A DNA stretch of 64,000 nt, taken from positions 1,664,001 through 1,728,000 of the forward strand of contig JBKAGP010000001.1 in NCBI GenBank assembly GCA_046290465.1. The letters run 5' to 3'. Both the position numbers and the translations under genes were made by a program. The notes beneath the pieces were generated by a model. That model was not told the origin of the DNA and searched no databases. It saw nothing but the letters and a program-made list of their open reading frames with translations. How positions within the stretch are numbered: position 1 is the stretch's first letter; each line of letters opens with the position of its first letter. This document shows positions 45,923-56,230 of this stretch, in pieces. The stretch comes from Planctomycetota bacterium (GTDB lineage Bacteria > Planctomycetota > UBA1135 > UBA2386).

Positions 45923-48276
45923 CCGGCCCTCCGCGTGCGCGCCAGCAGCGGCGCCAGGACGAACAGGCAGCTCAGCATGCACGCCATCGAGCCGAACGCC
46001 ACCACGCCGCCGAGCAGCTGCAGGCCGGGCGTAGCCGCCAGCAGCAGCGACGAGAATCCGAGCACCGTGCCGACGCTGGTGCGCACGATGCCGACCCCGG
46101 TCGCGCCGGTGTCGGTCGCACCGTGGCGGTAGTGGCCGACCAGGTGCACGCCCTCGTCGACCCCGATGCCGAGCACGAACGGCACCGACACGAAGCTGAT
46201 CATCGACAGCGGCACGTCGAACAGCCGCAGCAGCACCAGCGTCACCACCAGCCCGAGCACGCTCGGCACCAGCGCCAGCAGGCCGTGTCGCAGCGAGCGC
46301 AGCCACCAGGTGACCATGCCGACCGCGAGCAGCGCGGCGATCCAGCACGCCCGCTGCAGGTCGCGCACCAGCATCTCCTCGAGCGCCGCGGTCAGCGTCG
46401 GCCCGCCGTGCAGCACGACGTCGTCGCCGGCGACCTCGCGCAGCTGCTGCTGCAGGTCGAAGAACGCCTCCCGATCCTGGCGCTGCGCCGGCCACAGCGT
46501 CACCGCGCGGTGCGGCCGTCCTTCGAACGTGACAACCTTGCCGGCGGCGGGCGCGTCGCCGTCGTTCGCCAGCCGCCGCTGCAGGTCCGCCAGCGCTGGC
46601 CGGAACGCGGCCGCCTGCAGCCCCTCCCGGTCCAGCGCGGCCTCGGCCCGGCCGACGAAGCCGTCGAGATCGGCCCGGCACGCCTGCACCGCCGCGCGGC
46701 CGGCGGCGGTGTCGCGACGATCGAGGCCGGTCCAGAAGCGCAGCTGCTGCCGTTCGCGCAGCCCGACCAGCGCGGCGTGCAGCGGCGACGCGTCGACCTG
46801 CTCGGGCCACAGCGCCAACACCGGCACGGTCGAGAAGCCGACGCGCTGCTCGATCGTGCGCCGCGCCGCCGACACCGGGTCGCCCTTCGGCCGCACCGCT
46901 TCGGCTTCGGCCGACAGCTCGATGCCGGCGACCAGCAGGTAGCCGACGCCGGCGAGCGCCAGCGCGATGGCCGCCCACGCCGAAAGCGGCGCCGCCCGGT
47001 GCAGCAGCCAGCGATCGGCGGCCGCGGCCAGCGCGCTGCGCTCCGGATCGGGACGGTCGCCGGCCCAGCGCAGCAGCACCGGCAGGGCGAAGATCGTGAA
47101 CAGCACGCTGCCGACGAGGCCGAGCGCCAGCAGCAGGCCGAACGCGCGCAGGCCGCCCTCGGTGCCGGCTCCGATCGCCAGGAACGTCACCGCCGTCGTC
47201 ATCATGTCGATCAGCAGTTCGGGCACCGTGGTGCGCTGCACCTCGCGCACCGCGTCGTCGTGCGCCAGCTCGAGCCGCGCGCGCCGGTAGCGGGCCGCGT
47301 AGTGGATCGCGAAGTCGACCCCGAGGCCGCACAGCACCGCGACCGCAGCGACCGCCACCGTCGGCAGCGCGCCGAAGCAGACCGCGCCGAACGGGATCGC
47401 CCACAGGATCGACAGCATCGCCGGCAGCTGCACCAGCAGCGGCAGGCGCACGCCGCGCATCACCCAGCACAGGTAGAGCGCGATCGCCAGCACCGACCAG
47501 GTGCTGGCGCGTTCGAAGTCGGCCTTGATGCGACGCTGGTCGGCACGCGCGATCGCGTAGCCGCCGAACACGTCGGCCTCGACGTCGAGCGCCTGCAGTT
47601 CGCGGTCGACGAACGCACACAGCTCGGTCGCGAAGTCGGCGTCGTAGGCGTCCCGGGTGCCGCGCAGCTGCAGCAGCGCGCGGGTGCCCTGCTCGAGCAG
47701 CAGCAGGTCCGTGCCCTCGTCGAAGCCGAGCGCCGCGAGCGGATCGGCGTCGGCCAGCACGAAGCGCAGCCCCAGCGGATCCCGCAGCGCCAGCTCGCGC
47801 GCCGCGAGCGGGTCGTCGGCGAGGTCGAACGCGAGCTCCGTGGCCGCCTCCTGCAGCCCTTCCGCCGACAGCCGCGCCGACAGCCGCGCCAGCTGGTCGT
47901 CGTCGAGCTGCCACAGCGGCGCCCGTTCGAAGTGCGCGCGCTGCTCGGCGAACAGCTCACCGCGAGTGCTGGCGACCGCGTCGATCTGCGCGGACGCGCG
48001 CAGCCGTTCGGCGAGTCGGCCGACCTTGTCGGCCAACCCGTCGCCGCGCAGCAGCAGCCACATCACGCGCGCCGGCCGCGAACGGTCGTCGAGCAGCTGC
48101 GCGATGCGCACGTGCGGGTGGTCCGACGGCAGCACCCGCGAGATGTCGGGCTCGAAGCGCACCAGCGGCCAGGCCAGCAGCGCCAGGATCGTGACGACCA
48201 GCGCCGCCGAGATCGTCATGCGCGGCCGCCGCAGCGGCAGCGTGACGACCGTCTCGAACCAGCGCGGCGCACTCAC
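45919..48276 (-). CDS. MMPL/RND-family lipid exporter
   Basis: Two repeats with GLGVDFAIH and GIGVDEGVH, about 12 TMs; GTG overlaps the upstream stop. Confidence 0.87.
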   Translation of the reverse strand: MSAPRWFETVVTLPLRRPRMTISAALVVTILALLAWPLVRFEPDISRVLPSDHPHVRIAQLLDDRSRPARVMWLLLRGDGLADKVGRLAERLRASAQIDAVASTRGELFAEQRAHFERAPLWQLDDDQLARLSARLSAEGLQEAATELAFDLADDPLAARELALRDPLGLRFVLADADPLAALGFDEGTDLLLLEQGTRALLQLRGTRDAYDADFATELCAFVDRELQALDVEADVFGGYAIARADQRRIKADFERASTWSVLAIALYLCWVMRGVRLPLLVQLPAMLSILWAIPFGAVCFGALPTVAVAAVAVLCGLGVDFAIHYAARYRRARLELAHDDAVREVQRTTVPELLIDMMTTAVTFLAIGAGTEGGLRAFGLLLALGLVGSVLFTIFALPVLLRWAGDRPDPERSALAAAADRWLLHRAAPLSAWAAIALALAGVGYLLVAGIELSAEAEAVRPKGDPVSAARRTIEQRVGFSTVPVLALWPEQVDASPLHAALVGLRERQQLRFWTGLDRRDTAAGRAAVQACRADLDGFVGRAEAALDREGLQAAAFRPALADLQRRLANDGDAPAAGKVVTFEGRPHRAVTLWPAQRQDREAFFDLQQQLREVAGDDVVLHGGPTLTAALEEMLVRDLQRACWIAALLAVGMVTWWLRSLRHGLLALVPSVLGLVVTLVLLRLFDVPLSMISFVSVPFVLGIGVDEGVHLVGHYRHGATDTGATGVGIVRTSVGTVLGFSSLLLAATPGLQLLGGVVAFGSMACMLSCLFVLAPLLARTRRAG

Positions 48277-49613
48277 GCGTCGTCTCTCTGCAGCAGCCGT
48301 TCGAGCTGTTCGCGGACCAGCTTGCCGCGCTCGCTGCGCGGCAGCGATGGCACCACCGTGATCCGTCGCGGCACCTTGGCCGCCGGCAGCACCTCGGCGC
48401 AGTGGCGCCGCACGCGTTCGGCGCAGGCGTCGTCCGATGCGACGATCGCGGCGCACGCCGCGCGCCCCTGCTCGTCGCGCCACGGCAGCACCGCGACGTC
48501 CTGCACGTCGTCGAGCTGCGCGATGATGCGTTCGACCTCGCGCGGGTCGACCTTGTGCCCGCCGACGTCGAACACGTCGCCGGCGCGGCCCTGCAGCACC
48601 AGCTCGCCGTCGACGAACGCCCCGAGGTCGGGCGCGACGAAGCGGCCGCCGGCCGGGTTGCCGCAGCCGGACAGCGCGGTGCCGACCGCCGGCGAGGTCA
48701 CCACCACGCGGCCGTCGTCGTCGATCGTCACGTCGACGCCGTCGACCGGCCTGCCGACCGTGCCGCGCTCGGCCGCCTCGCCGGTGCGGTCGTAGCTGAT
48801 GCCGCCGCTCTCGGTCGAGCCGTAGAACGTATGCACCGGCAGGGTGAAGCGCCGCCGGAACGCGGCCGCGACGTCGCGCTGCAGCACCGCCCCCGCCGAC
48901 AGCACCAGCCGCAGGCTGTCGGGCAGCGCGGGCGCGCCGCTGCACAGCGCGCGCAGCAGCGCCGGCACCGCCGGCAGCACCGTGGGTGCCGCCGCGCGCA
49001 TCGCGCCGAGCAGGCCGAGCGGGCCGCTGCCCGGCAGCACCAGTTCGCGGCCCCGGCAGAGCGCCGGCACCAGCAGGTTGCCGACGCCGTAGCTGAACGA
49101 CATCGGCACCGCGGCCAGCACCCGGTCGCCGTCGCCGATGCCCATGGTCCCTTCCAGCGCCGCGCCGTCCGCCAGCAGCTCGGCATCGCCGACCGCGACC
49201 GCGTTGGGTTCGCCGGTCGACCCCGACGTCAACTTGATCGCGCGGTGCTGCCCGGCCGGCGCGCGGCCCTCGCACGGCAGCACGCGCGGTGCCGGCGCAT
49301 CGACGACGATCGCACGCAGCCCGAATCGCGCCGCCAGGTCCAACCGCGGCGCCCGCGGATCGGCCGCGTCGAACAGCATCGCCGCGTCGCCGCGCCGGAC
49401 GCAGGCCAGGAACGCCCCGAGGAACGCGAAGCCGTCCCGCACGCACAGCCCGACCCTCGAGCCCACCGGCGTGCCTGCCAGCAGCTGCTCGAAGAGGCCG
49501 GCGCTTGCATCCAGGTCGGCCCGGCAGCGAATCCCGTCGGGCGTCCATGCGACCGTGGCCGTCGGGTCGGCTTCGAGCAGCGCGGCAAAGGCATCACGGA
49601 CCGTCAACGGCAT
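48273..49613 (-). CDS. AMP-binding (acyl-CoA/acyl-ACP ligase-like) enzyme
   Basis: LTSGSTGEP, PMSFSYG, FYGSTESG, DLG, GR..DVFDVGGHKVDPREVE, LPRSERGK. Confidence 0.88.
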   Translation of the reverse strand: MPLTVRDAFAALLEADPTATVAWTPDGIRCRADLDASAGLFEQLLAGTPVGSRVGLCVRDGFAFLGAFLACVRRGDAAMLFDAADPRAPRLDLAARFGLRAIVVDAPAPRVLPCEGRAPAGQHRAIKLTSGSTGEPNAVAVGDAELLADGAALEGTMGIGDGDRVLAAVPMSFSYGVGNLLVPALCRGRELVLPGSGPLGLLGAMRAAAPTVLPAVPALLRALCSGAPALPDSLRLVLSAGAVLQRDVAAAFRRRFTLPVHTFYGSTESGGISYDRTGEAAERGTVGRPVDGVDVTIDDDGRVVVTSPAVGTALSGCGNPAGGRFVAPDLGAFVDGELVLQGRAGDVFDVGGHKVDPREVERIIAQLDDVQDVAVLPWRDEQGRAACAAIVASDDACAERVRRHCAEVLPAAKVPRRITVVPSLPRSERGKLVREQLERLLQRDDA

Positions 49614-49733
49614 GGAACGCCGAGCGAGACTACGGACTGCCCCCGAACCGGCAAGCCTGCATTGCCCCAGGGACGCCACAACCCGGCCAAACGCGGGACC
49701 TGACGCGTCCGCACCGCTACACTCCAGGCGCAC

Positions 49734-50021
49734 ATGACCAACCAGGTATCGGTCGACCAGCTCAAGGTGATGCTCGTCGACAAGCTCAACTTGAAGTCGG
49801 TGACCGCCGACCAGATCACCGACGATCACGCCCTGTTCGGCCCCGAGGGCCTCGGCCTCGACTCCGTCGACGCGCTCGAACTGGTGCTCGCGATCGAGTC
49901 CGAGTATGGCATCCAGATCCAGGACGAAGAGGTCGGCCGCGAGGCCTTCCACTCCGTGCAGGTGCTCTGCAACTTCATCAACCAACGCCTCGCCGCGGGC
50001 GACGCATCCGCCGGCGCGTGA
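49734..50021 (+). CDS. Acyl carrier protein
   Basis: LFGPEGLGLDSVDALELV with the phosphopantetheine Ser. Confidence 0.92.
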   Translation: MTNQVSVDQLKVMLVDKLNLKSVTADQITDDHALFGPEGLGLDSVDALELVLAIESEYGIQIQDEEVGREAFHSVQVLCNFINQRLAAGDASAGA

Positions 50022-51211
50022 ACGAGCAGGTCGTCGTCACCGGCGTCGGCTCCGTCAGCGGACTCGGCGCCACCGCGGAACAGCTGTGGCAGCGCGCGCT
50101 GCAGGGCCAGCGCGGCATGCGCGAACTCGACCTGTTCTCGACCGACAGCCATCGCACGCGGCTGGCGGTCCAGGTCGACGATGCGTCGCTGCCCGCGCGG
50201 TTCGCCCACCTGGCGCGGGCCGATCGCTTCGGCTGCACCGCGACCGCGGCGGCCGTCGCCGGCCTGCCCACCGAGGCGCTGCATTCGCCGCGCGCCGGCG
50301 TGTTCTTCGGCAGCAGCACCGGTGCCTTGTTCGAGGGCGAACGGTTCCTCAAGGAGCTGCTGGCCGAACGCGAGGGCGACCTGCACACGATCGTCGGCCT
50401 GCAGAACGACGGGCCCGGCAACGCGGTCGCGCACGAGTTTGCGGTGCGCGGCCCGGTGATGACGTTCTCGACCGCGTGCACGTCGGCCAACGTCGCGCTC
50501 GGCGCCGCACTCGACGCGCTGCGCTCGGGCGAGGTCGACGTCGCGATCGCCGGTGGCGCCGACGAACTGTGCGAGATCACCTACGCCGGCTTCAACAGCC
50601 TGCGCGCGATCGACGCCAGGCCGACGCGGCCGTTCCGCGCGGATCGCGCCGGCCTGTCGATGGGCGAGGGCTCGGGCGTGCTGCTGCTCGAGACCCGTAG
50701 CCATGCCGAGGCACGCGGCGCGACCGTGCTGGCCGAGCTGTGCGGCGCGGCGCGCTCCTGCGACGCGCAGCACGTCTCGGCGCCGGATCCCGAAGGCATC
50801 GGGGCCGCGACCGCGATCGAGACGGCGCTGCGCGAAGGCGGCTTGACCGCGGCGGACGTGACGTTCGTCAACGCGCACGGCACCGGCACGCCGCACAACG
50901 ACGTCTCCGAGAGCCACGCGATGCGCCGCGTGTTCGGCGAGCGCACGGCGCAGCTGCCGATCACGTCGACCAAGAGCATGGTCGGCCACCTGCTGGGTGC
51001 TGCCGGCGGCATCGAAGCGGTGCTGACCGTGCAGGCGATCGTGCACCGGCTGCTGCCGCCGACCGCCGGCGACGCGCCCGCCGACCCCGAGCTCTTTCTC
51101 GACGTGGTCGTCGACGAACCGCGGGCGCTGCCGACGCGCAACGTCGGCCTGTCCACCAACCTGGCGTTCGGCGGCAACAACGCCGTCGTGGTGCTGAGGA
51201 GCGTCTCGTGA
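50018..51211 (+). CDS. Beta-ketoacyl-ACP synthase (FabF-like KS, active)
   Basis: STACTSA (Cys), NAHGTGT..ND (His), KSMVGHLLGAAG (His), NLAFGGNN; GTGA overlap with the ACP. Confidence 0.92.
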   Translation: MNEQVVVTGVGSVSGLGATAEQLWQRALQGQRGMRELDLFSTDSHRTRLAVQVDDASLPARFAHLARADRFGCTATAAAVAGLPTEALHSPRAGVFFGSSTGALFEGERFLKELLAEREGDLHTIVGLQNDGPGNAVAHEFAVRGPVMTFSTACTSANVALGAALDALRSGEVDVAIAGGADELCEITYAGFNSLRAIDARPTRPFRADRAGLSMGEGSGVLLLETRSHAEARGATVLAELCGAARSCDAQHVSAPDPEGIGAATAIETALREGGLTAADVTFVNAHGTGTPHNDVSESHAMRRVFGERTAQLPITSTKSMVGHLLGAAGGIEAVLTVQAIVHRLLPPTAGDAPADPELFLDVVVDEPRALPTRNVGLSTNLAFGGNNAVVVLRSVS

Positions 51212-52401
51212 GCGACGTCGTGGTCACCGGGGTCGGTTGCCTCGGCGCCTACGGGCTCGGCCTCGACGCCCTGCGCACCGCGCTGGCCGCCGGTGCTCCG
51301 CTGGCCAGCGAGGTCGATCGCTCCGCCGGCTACCACCGCCGGGGTTCGGCGCAGACCGTCGCGTCGTGCGGCGAGCTGTCGTTCGAGCCGTGGCTGTCCG
51401 AGGATGCCGGCCGCCGGATGAGCGACCTGTCGCAGTATGCGGTCACCTGCGCGCGCATGGCGCTGCACGACGCCGGCCTCGACGAGGTCCCGAAGGAGCG
51501 CACGGCGGTCTCGATCGCGACCGCGTTCGGTCCCGGCGGCTTCACCGAACGGCTGGCGCTGCAGGTGCTGCAGAAAGGTGGCAAGTTCGCGTCGCCGTTC
51601 TTGTTCACCGACTGCGTCGCCAACGCCGCCGCCGGCCAGATCGCGATCGCGACCGGTGCGCGCGGCGCCAACACGACCATCTGCCAGCGTGAGGCCGGCC
51701 CGCTGCTGGCCGTCGGCCAGGCGATGCTCGACCTGCAGCTCGGCCGCGCCGACGTCTGCCTGGCCGGCGCGATCGACGAGCTCAAGCCGCTGTCGCACGC
51801 GATCCTCGACCGCTTCCGCGCGGTCGCGCGGCCGCGTGACGGCGAGGAGCTGCCACGGCCGTTCGACGCGCGCCGCAATGGTTACCTCGCCGGCGAAGGC
51901 GGCGCGGTGCTGGTGCTCGAACGCGAGCAGCACGCGCGTGCCCGCGGCGCCACCGTGCTGGCTCGCGTGCGCGCGGCGGCGCGCGGCTTCGACCCGACCG
52001 CCCCGCGCACCGGGATCGGCCAGGGCCACCGCGAGCTCGCTGCGCTGCTGCGCGACCGCATCGGCGACGGGCTGCTGGCCGAGACCGACACCGTCGTCAG
52101 CGCGGCCAGCGGCGCCGTGCGCGGCGACGCGCTCGAGGCCCAGGTGCTCGCAGCGGCGCTGCCCCACGCTCCGCGCGTGCTGGCGCCGAAGGCCGTCACC
52201 GGCGAGTTCGGCGGCGGCACGCTGGCACCGGCCATTTTGGCTCTGCAGGGGGCAAGGTTCGCGGTGCCGGTTGGCTGCAACCACCCCGATCCCATGCTCG
52301 AAGTCCGGCTCGAAGCCGGCCCCGCGCACGCGCAACGGCTGCTGTGTTCGGCACACGGCGCGGGCGGCGTCAGCGCCTGGATCCTGTTCGAACGACCATG
52401 A
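51208..52401 (+). CDS. KS-like chain-length-factor partner (catalytically inactive)
   Basis: KS fold (PFDARRNG..GEGGAVLVLE), but the Cys position reads TICQREAG (Glu) and both catalytic His are lost (SAASG, TGEFGG). Confidence 0.82.
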   Translation: MSDVVVTGVGCLGAYGLGLDALRTALAAGAPLASEVDRSAGYHRRGSAQTVASCGELSFEPWLSEDAGRRMSDLSQYAVTCARMALHDAGLDEVPKERTAVSIATAFGPGGFTERLALQVLQKGGKFASPFLFTDCVANAAAGQIAIATGARGANTTICQREAGPLLAVGQAMLDLQLGRADVCLAGAIDELKPLSHAILDRFRAVARPRDGEELPRPFDARRNGYLAGEGGAVLVLEREQHARARGATVLARVRAAARGFDPTAPRTGIGQGHRELAALLRDRIGDGLLAETDTVVSAASGAVRGDALEAQVLAAALPHAPRVLAPKAVTGEFGGGTLAPAILALQGARFAVPVGCNHPDPMLEVRLEAGPAHAQRLLCSAHGAGGVSAWILFERP

Positions 52402-53951
52402 CGAATCCCGACTACGACCTCGTCATCCTCGGCGGCGGCCTCGCCGGCGGCCTGCTGGCGCGCCAGATGCGGCTACAGCGCCAGGACCTCAAGGTGCTCG
52501 TGCTCGAGCGCCGCACCGAGACCTCCTACAAAGTCGGCGAAGCGACCGTCGAGCTGTTCTCCAACTACCTGGTCCGCAAGCTCGGCCTGACGACCTACCT
52601 CTACGAGAACCACCTGCCGAAGAACGGCCTGCGGTTCTTCTTCGACCGGGAGGGCATGGACGCGAAGATCACCGAGATGAGCGAGATCGGCAGCTACGGC
52701 CTGCCGTTCCACCCGAGCTTCCAGCTCGACCGCTCGGCCCTCGAACGCGAACTGCTCGACGGCAGCGCCGCCCGCGGCGCCGATGTGCTCGAGGGCTGCA
52801 AGGTCACCGACGTGATCTTCGGTGACCCCCACCACGAGGTCGAGTTCGAAGAGAACGGCGCGACGCGCAAGGTGTCGACCACGTGGGTCGTCGACGCGAC
52901 CGGCCGCACCAGCCTGATCGCCAAGAAGCTGGACCTGCGCGTTCCGGAGCGGCAGCACCGCTGCCTCGCCTCGTGGGGACGCCTCGGCAACGTCGTCGAC
53001 CTCGACGCGCACGAGATCGACCAGGCGTGGCGCGACCGCACCCGCAACACGTCACGGCGGCTGTCGACGGTGCACTTCATGCATCGCGGCCACTGGGTCT
53101 GGCTGATCCCGCTGCGCGGCGGCGTCACCAGCATCGGCGTGGTCGGCGACACCCGCCACGTCAGCCGCGAGGTGCTGAGCCAGAAGGGGCTGCAGGGCTT
53201 CCTGCGCGGCCAGCGCGCCTGCCAGGAGCTGATCGCCGACGCCGAGTGGCTCGACTTCGGCGCCTACGGCCAGCTCGCCTACGGCACCAAGCAGTGGATC
53301 GGCGACCGCTGGGCCGTGGTCGGCGAGGCCGCGGCGTTCAGCGACCCGTTCTACAGCCCGGGCAGCGACTTCATCACGCTGGCCAACGACTACGTCAGCG
53401 ACCTGATCGCGCGCAGCCACGACGGTGAGGACATCGACGAACGCCGGAAGCTCTACGAGGGCTACCTGCAGTTCCGCTACCAGGCCAACCTGCCGCTCTA
53501 TCGCGAACAGTACGACTTGTTCGGCAGCTATGAGCTGATGTCGATCAAGTGGAACTTCGACATCGCCGCCTACTACGCGCTGTGGGTCAACAGCTACCTG
53601 CAGGACCTGCACCTCGACGTCGACGAGCTGCGGCACGAACTGCGGCAGTCGACGTTCGTCATCAAGGCGCTCGAACGCTTCGCCGCGCTGTTCAACCAGA
53701 CCGAGCGCAAGGTCAGCGCCGACGGCAACTACCACCGCAAGAACCTCGGCGAGTTCGGCGAGGGGCTGGGCGACCTGACGTTCCCGACCGAGGTCGGCAT
53801 GATGGACCGCAAGCAGGCCGAGGCCTACTCGCTGGAGGCGTTCGCCAAGGCGCGCGCCCGCTGCTTCGAACTGCTCGACCACCCCGTGCAGCAAGAGGAG
53901 AAGCTAGGCTTCGTCGACTTCGTCAACGGCCGAGCCCTCCAACCCAACTGA
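52398..53951 (+). CDS. Flavin-dependent halogenase-family protein
   Basis: GGGLAG, KVGEAT, LPKNGLRF (Lys at the catalytic position), FQLDR, DATGR, WVWLIP (WxWxIP), FSDPFYSPG. Confidence 0.82.
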   Translation: MTNPDYDLVILGGGLAGGLLARQMRLQRQDLKVLVLERRTETSYKVGEATVELFSNYLVRKLGLTTYLYENHLPKNGLRFFFDREGMDAKITEMSEIGSYGLPFHPSFQLDRSALERELLDGSAARGADVLEGCKVTDVIFGDPHHEVEFEENGATRKVSTTWVVDATGRTSLIAKKLDLRVPERQHRCLASWGRLGNVVDLDAHEIDQAWRDRTRNTSRRLSTVHFMHRGHWVWLIPLRGGVTSIGVVGDTRHVSREVLSQKGLQGFLRGQRACQELIADAEWLDFGAYGQLAYGTKQWIGDRWAVVGEAAAFSDPFYSPGSDFITLANDYVSDLIARSHDGEDIDERRKLYEGYLQFRYQANLPLYREQYDLFGSYELMSIKWNFDIAAYYALWVNSYLQDLHLDVDELRHELRQSTFVIKALERFAALFNQTERKVSADGNYHRKNLGEFGEGLGDLTFPTEVGMMDRKQAEAYSLEAFAKARARCFELLDHPVQQEEKLGFVDFVNGRALQPN

Positions 53952-54330
53952 GTTGCCGTACGGTACGCGGTTCATCCTCCAACTTTCCCCCGCCGGAAGT
54001 TGCAGGATCAGCCAGGCACCGTGCCGCAACCCGGGCTGCGAGCGCTGGGCCATGGCGCGCTGCAACCGCCGCTAGAACGCGTCGAGGCAGCGCTCCACCG
54101 CGCGTTCGCTCTGGGGTGACCGCCAGCAGCGGACGAAGCTGGCGGTGCACGAACCCGCAGCTGAACGATCCGCTCGCCCCGTCTCGCTGCGTCGCAACGT
54201 CTCGCTGCGTGGTTGCCTCGCTGCCACGCAACGTCGCTACTCGCTGGCGACCGGCTCGCCCTCAGCGGACTCGGCCACCCGTGCCCTCACGAACGTTGCA
54301 GGATGAACCAGGTACCGTACCGCAACTCAG
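53948..54330. repeat. Cluster of three ~37-bp REP-like units between convergent genes
   Basis: 53948-53984 forward; 53998-54034 (degenerate) and 54294-54330 inverted. Consensus CTGA(G/C)TTGC(C/G)GTACGGTACnnGGTTCATCCT(C/G)CAAC. Confidence 0.82.
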
Positions 54331-56042
54331 CGGCCGCGGCGGCGGCGGCCGGAGAGTTGGTCCTTCTTCATCTTGGCGGTGACTTCCTTGTCGCCGCGCT
54401 GGAACGTGAACTCGACCGAGTCGCCCTCGGTCTCGCGCGCGAACTGGAAGATCTGGCGCAGCGAGGTCAGCTGCTTGCCGCCGATCTTGGTCAGCTTGTC
54501 GCCGGCCTTGACGCCCATCTTGGCGGCGCGGCCGTCCTTCTGCACCGACTTGAACGTGAAGCCGTCCATCTCGGCCTCGAACCACGCGGCGGCGAACGCC
54601 GACGACTGGCCGCCGCCGCGACGACGCGTGCGGATGTTCTCACGGTCGAGCAGCGTGTCCATGTTGGCCGTGCCGAGCGCGGCCATCGCGACCACGGTCG
54701 CCGTGTGCCGCTGGTACTCCTCGATCGCCACGTCGAACGTGTCCCACTGCGTGTGCCACGTGTGCTGGAAGTAGTCGCTGCGACCCTTCAGACCCCAGCC
54801 GAGGCCCGGCACCTTGGCCGCCAGGAACGACGCATGGTCGCTGCCGCCCCGACCGCCGCCGATCTGCGCGACGCCGCGCAGTTCGAAGACCGGGCCGTCC
54901 CAGTCCTGGTCCGGCGCGCGCAGCAGACGGTTGACCTGGGCCGCGATCGGCTCGAGCTGCTCCTTCATCTTGTGCGTCACGGTCAGCGACTGCGCCCAGT
55001 TGGTGCCGGTGTCGTGGTTGAAGCACGCCGACACCTTCTCCATGTTCGCGCGGTGCCGCTGCACGAAGCCACGGCTGCCGAGCAGCCCCTGCTCCTCACC
55101 GCCCCACAGGCAGAACTTGATCGAACGCTTCGGCTTGGCGCCGAGCGTCGCCAGGATGCGCGCCGACTCCATCGTCGTCGCACTGCCGGTGCCGTTGTCG
55201 GTGCAGCCCTGCGCCTGGTGCCAGCTGTCGAGGTGCGACGACACCACCACCCACTCGTCCGGCTTCTCGGTGCCTTCGAGCGTCGCGATCACGTTGTGCA
55301 GCTTGATCGGCCCCGGCTTGAACTCGTTCTGGATGTCGAACTGGCAGACCGGCTGCTTGCCCTCGTCGAACAGCGACCACAGCCGATCGAAGTCGTCGGC
55401 GCGCACCGCGATCTCCGGCAGCTTCGGCGCCTGGTCGACCGGCATGCGAGCGACCCGCGAATCGCCGAACACGCGCACGCGCGTCGGATACTTCTGGTTG
55501 GGGTCGTTGGCGCGGTAGACGACGCCGAGCGCGCCCGCCTCCTCGACCGCCTTGCGCACGCGGCTGGTCGGCTTGCGGCGCGAGATCACCCACTTGCCCT
55601 TGGTGTCGGCGACCGCCTCGTCCGTCGAAGAACGCGGCGCCTCGACGAAGCCCGCGGTCTGCATGCCGTCGGTGCCCGCCGTCCACGCGTCGGTCGCGAC
55701 GTACATGTCGAGCTCGATCGGCTCGACGATGCGGCCGATCCACTTGCCGCGCGACCACACCGTCTGCCACTCGTCCCACTCCTCGAGCTCGACCTTCAGG
55801 CCCATCTTCTCGAAGTGGTCCCTGGCCCATTCGCACGCCTTGGTGAAGTTCTCGGAGCCGGTCAGCCGGTGGCCGATGCTGCCGGTCATCTCACCGAGGA
55901 TCGCGTGCACCTGGCTGTTCTCGATGCCCTCCTTGGCGATGCGCGCCGCCATCTCGTCGGACAGAGGCTTCTGGGCCTCCTGCGCGAAGGCGAGCGAGGA
56001 CAGCAGCGGGAGGGCGAGGGACGACGTGCGCAGGAACGGCAT
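54327..56042 (-). CDS. Exported M28 metallopeptidase (carboxypeptidase Q-like) with PA and C-terminal PDZ domains
   Basis: GHRLTGS, SHLDSW, GCTDNGTG, WGGEEQGLLGS, NHD, GSDHASF, WHTQWDT; PDZ AAKMGVKAGDKL. Confidence 0.9.
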   Translation of the reverse strand: MPFLRTSSLALPLLSSLAFAQEAQKPLSDEMAARIAKEGIENSQVHAILGEMTGSIGHRLTGSENFTKACEWARDHFEKMGLKVELEEWDEWQTVWSRGKWIGRIVEPIELDMYVATDAWTAGTDGMQTAGFVEAPRSSTDEAVADTKGKWVISRRKPTSRVRKAVEEAGALGVVYRANDPNQKYPTRVRVFGDSRVARMPVDQAPKLPEIAVRADDFDRLWSLFDEGKQPVCQFDIQNEFKPGPIKLHNVIATLEGTEKPDEWVVVSSHLDSWHQAQGCTDNGTGSATTMESARILATLGAKPKRSIKFCLWGGEEQGLLGSRGFVQRHRANMEKVSACFNHDTGTNWAQSLTVTHKMKEQLEPIAAQVNRLLRAPDQDWDGPVFELRGVAQIGGGRGGSDHASFLAAKVPGLGWGLKGRSDYFQHTWHTQWDTFDVAIEEYQRHTATVVAMAALGTANMDTLLDRENIRTRRRGGGQSSAFAAAWFEAEMDGFTFKSVQKDGRAAKMGVKAGDKLTKIGGKQLTSLRQIFQFARETEGDSVEFTFQRGDKEVTAKMKKDQLSGRRRRGR

Positions 56043-56230
56043 GCTATGCAGGTTCGGGGAGTTCGGAGCAGTCCATACAAACAGACCCCACTGCGAATGC
56101 GAGCGCGGCAACGGTCCCGAATGCGTCCCGATCCTGCCCCGCCGACGTCCAGACGCAGGCAGCTCGCCGGCGCGCCAGGTCCGCGCATGCCGCTTGCCGT
56201 AGGGCCGCGACCATTGGGTATCCTCGCAGC

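Noticed and set aside
53948..54330. CRISPR array (37-bp repeats)
   Set aside because: Units are inverted relative to each other, irregularly spaced and few; no cas genes.
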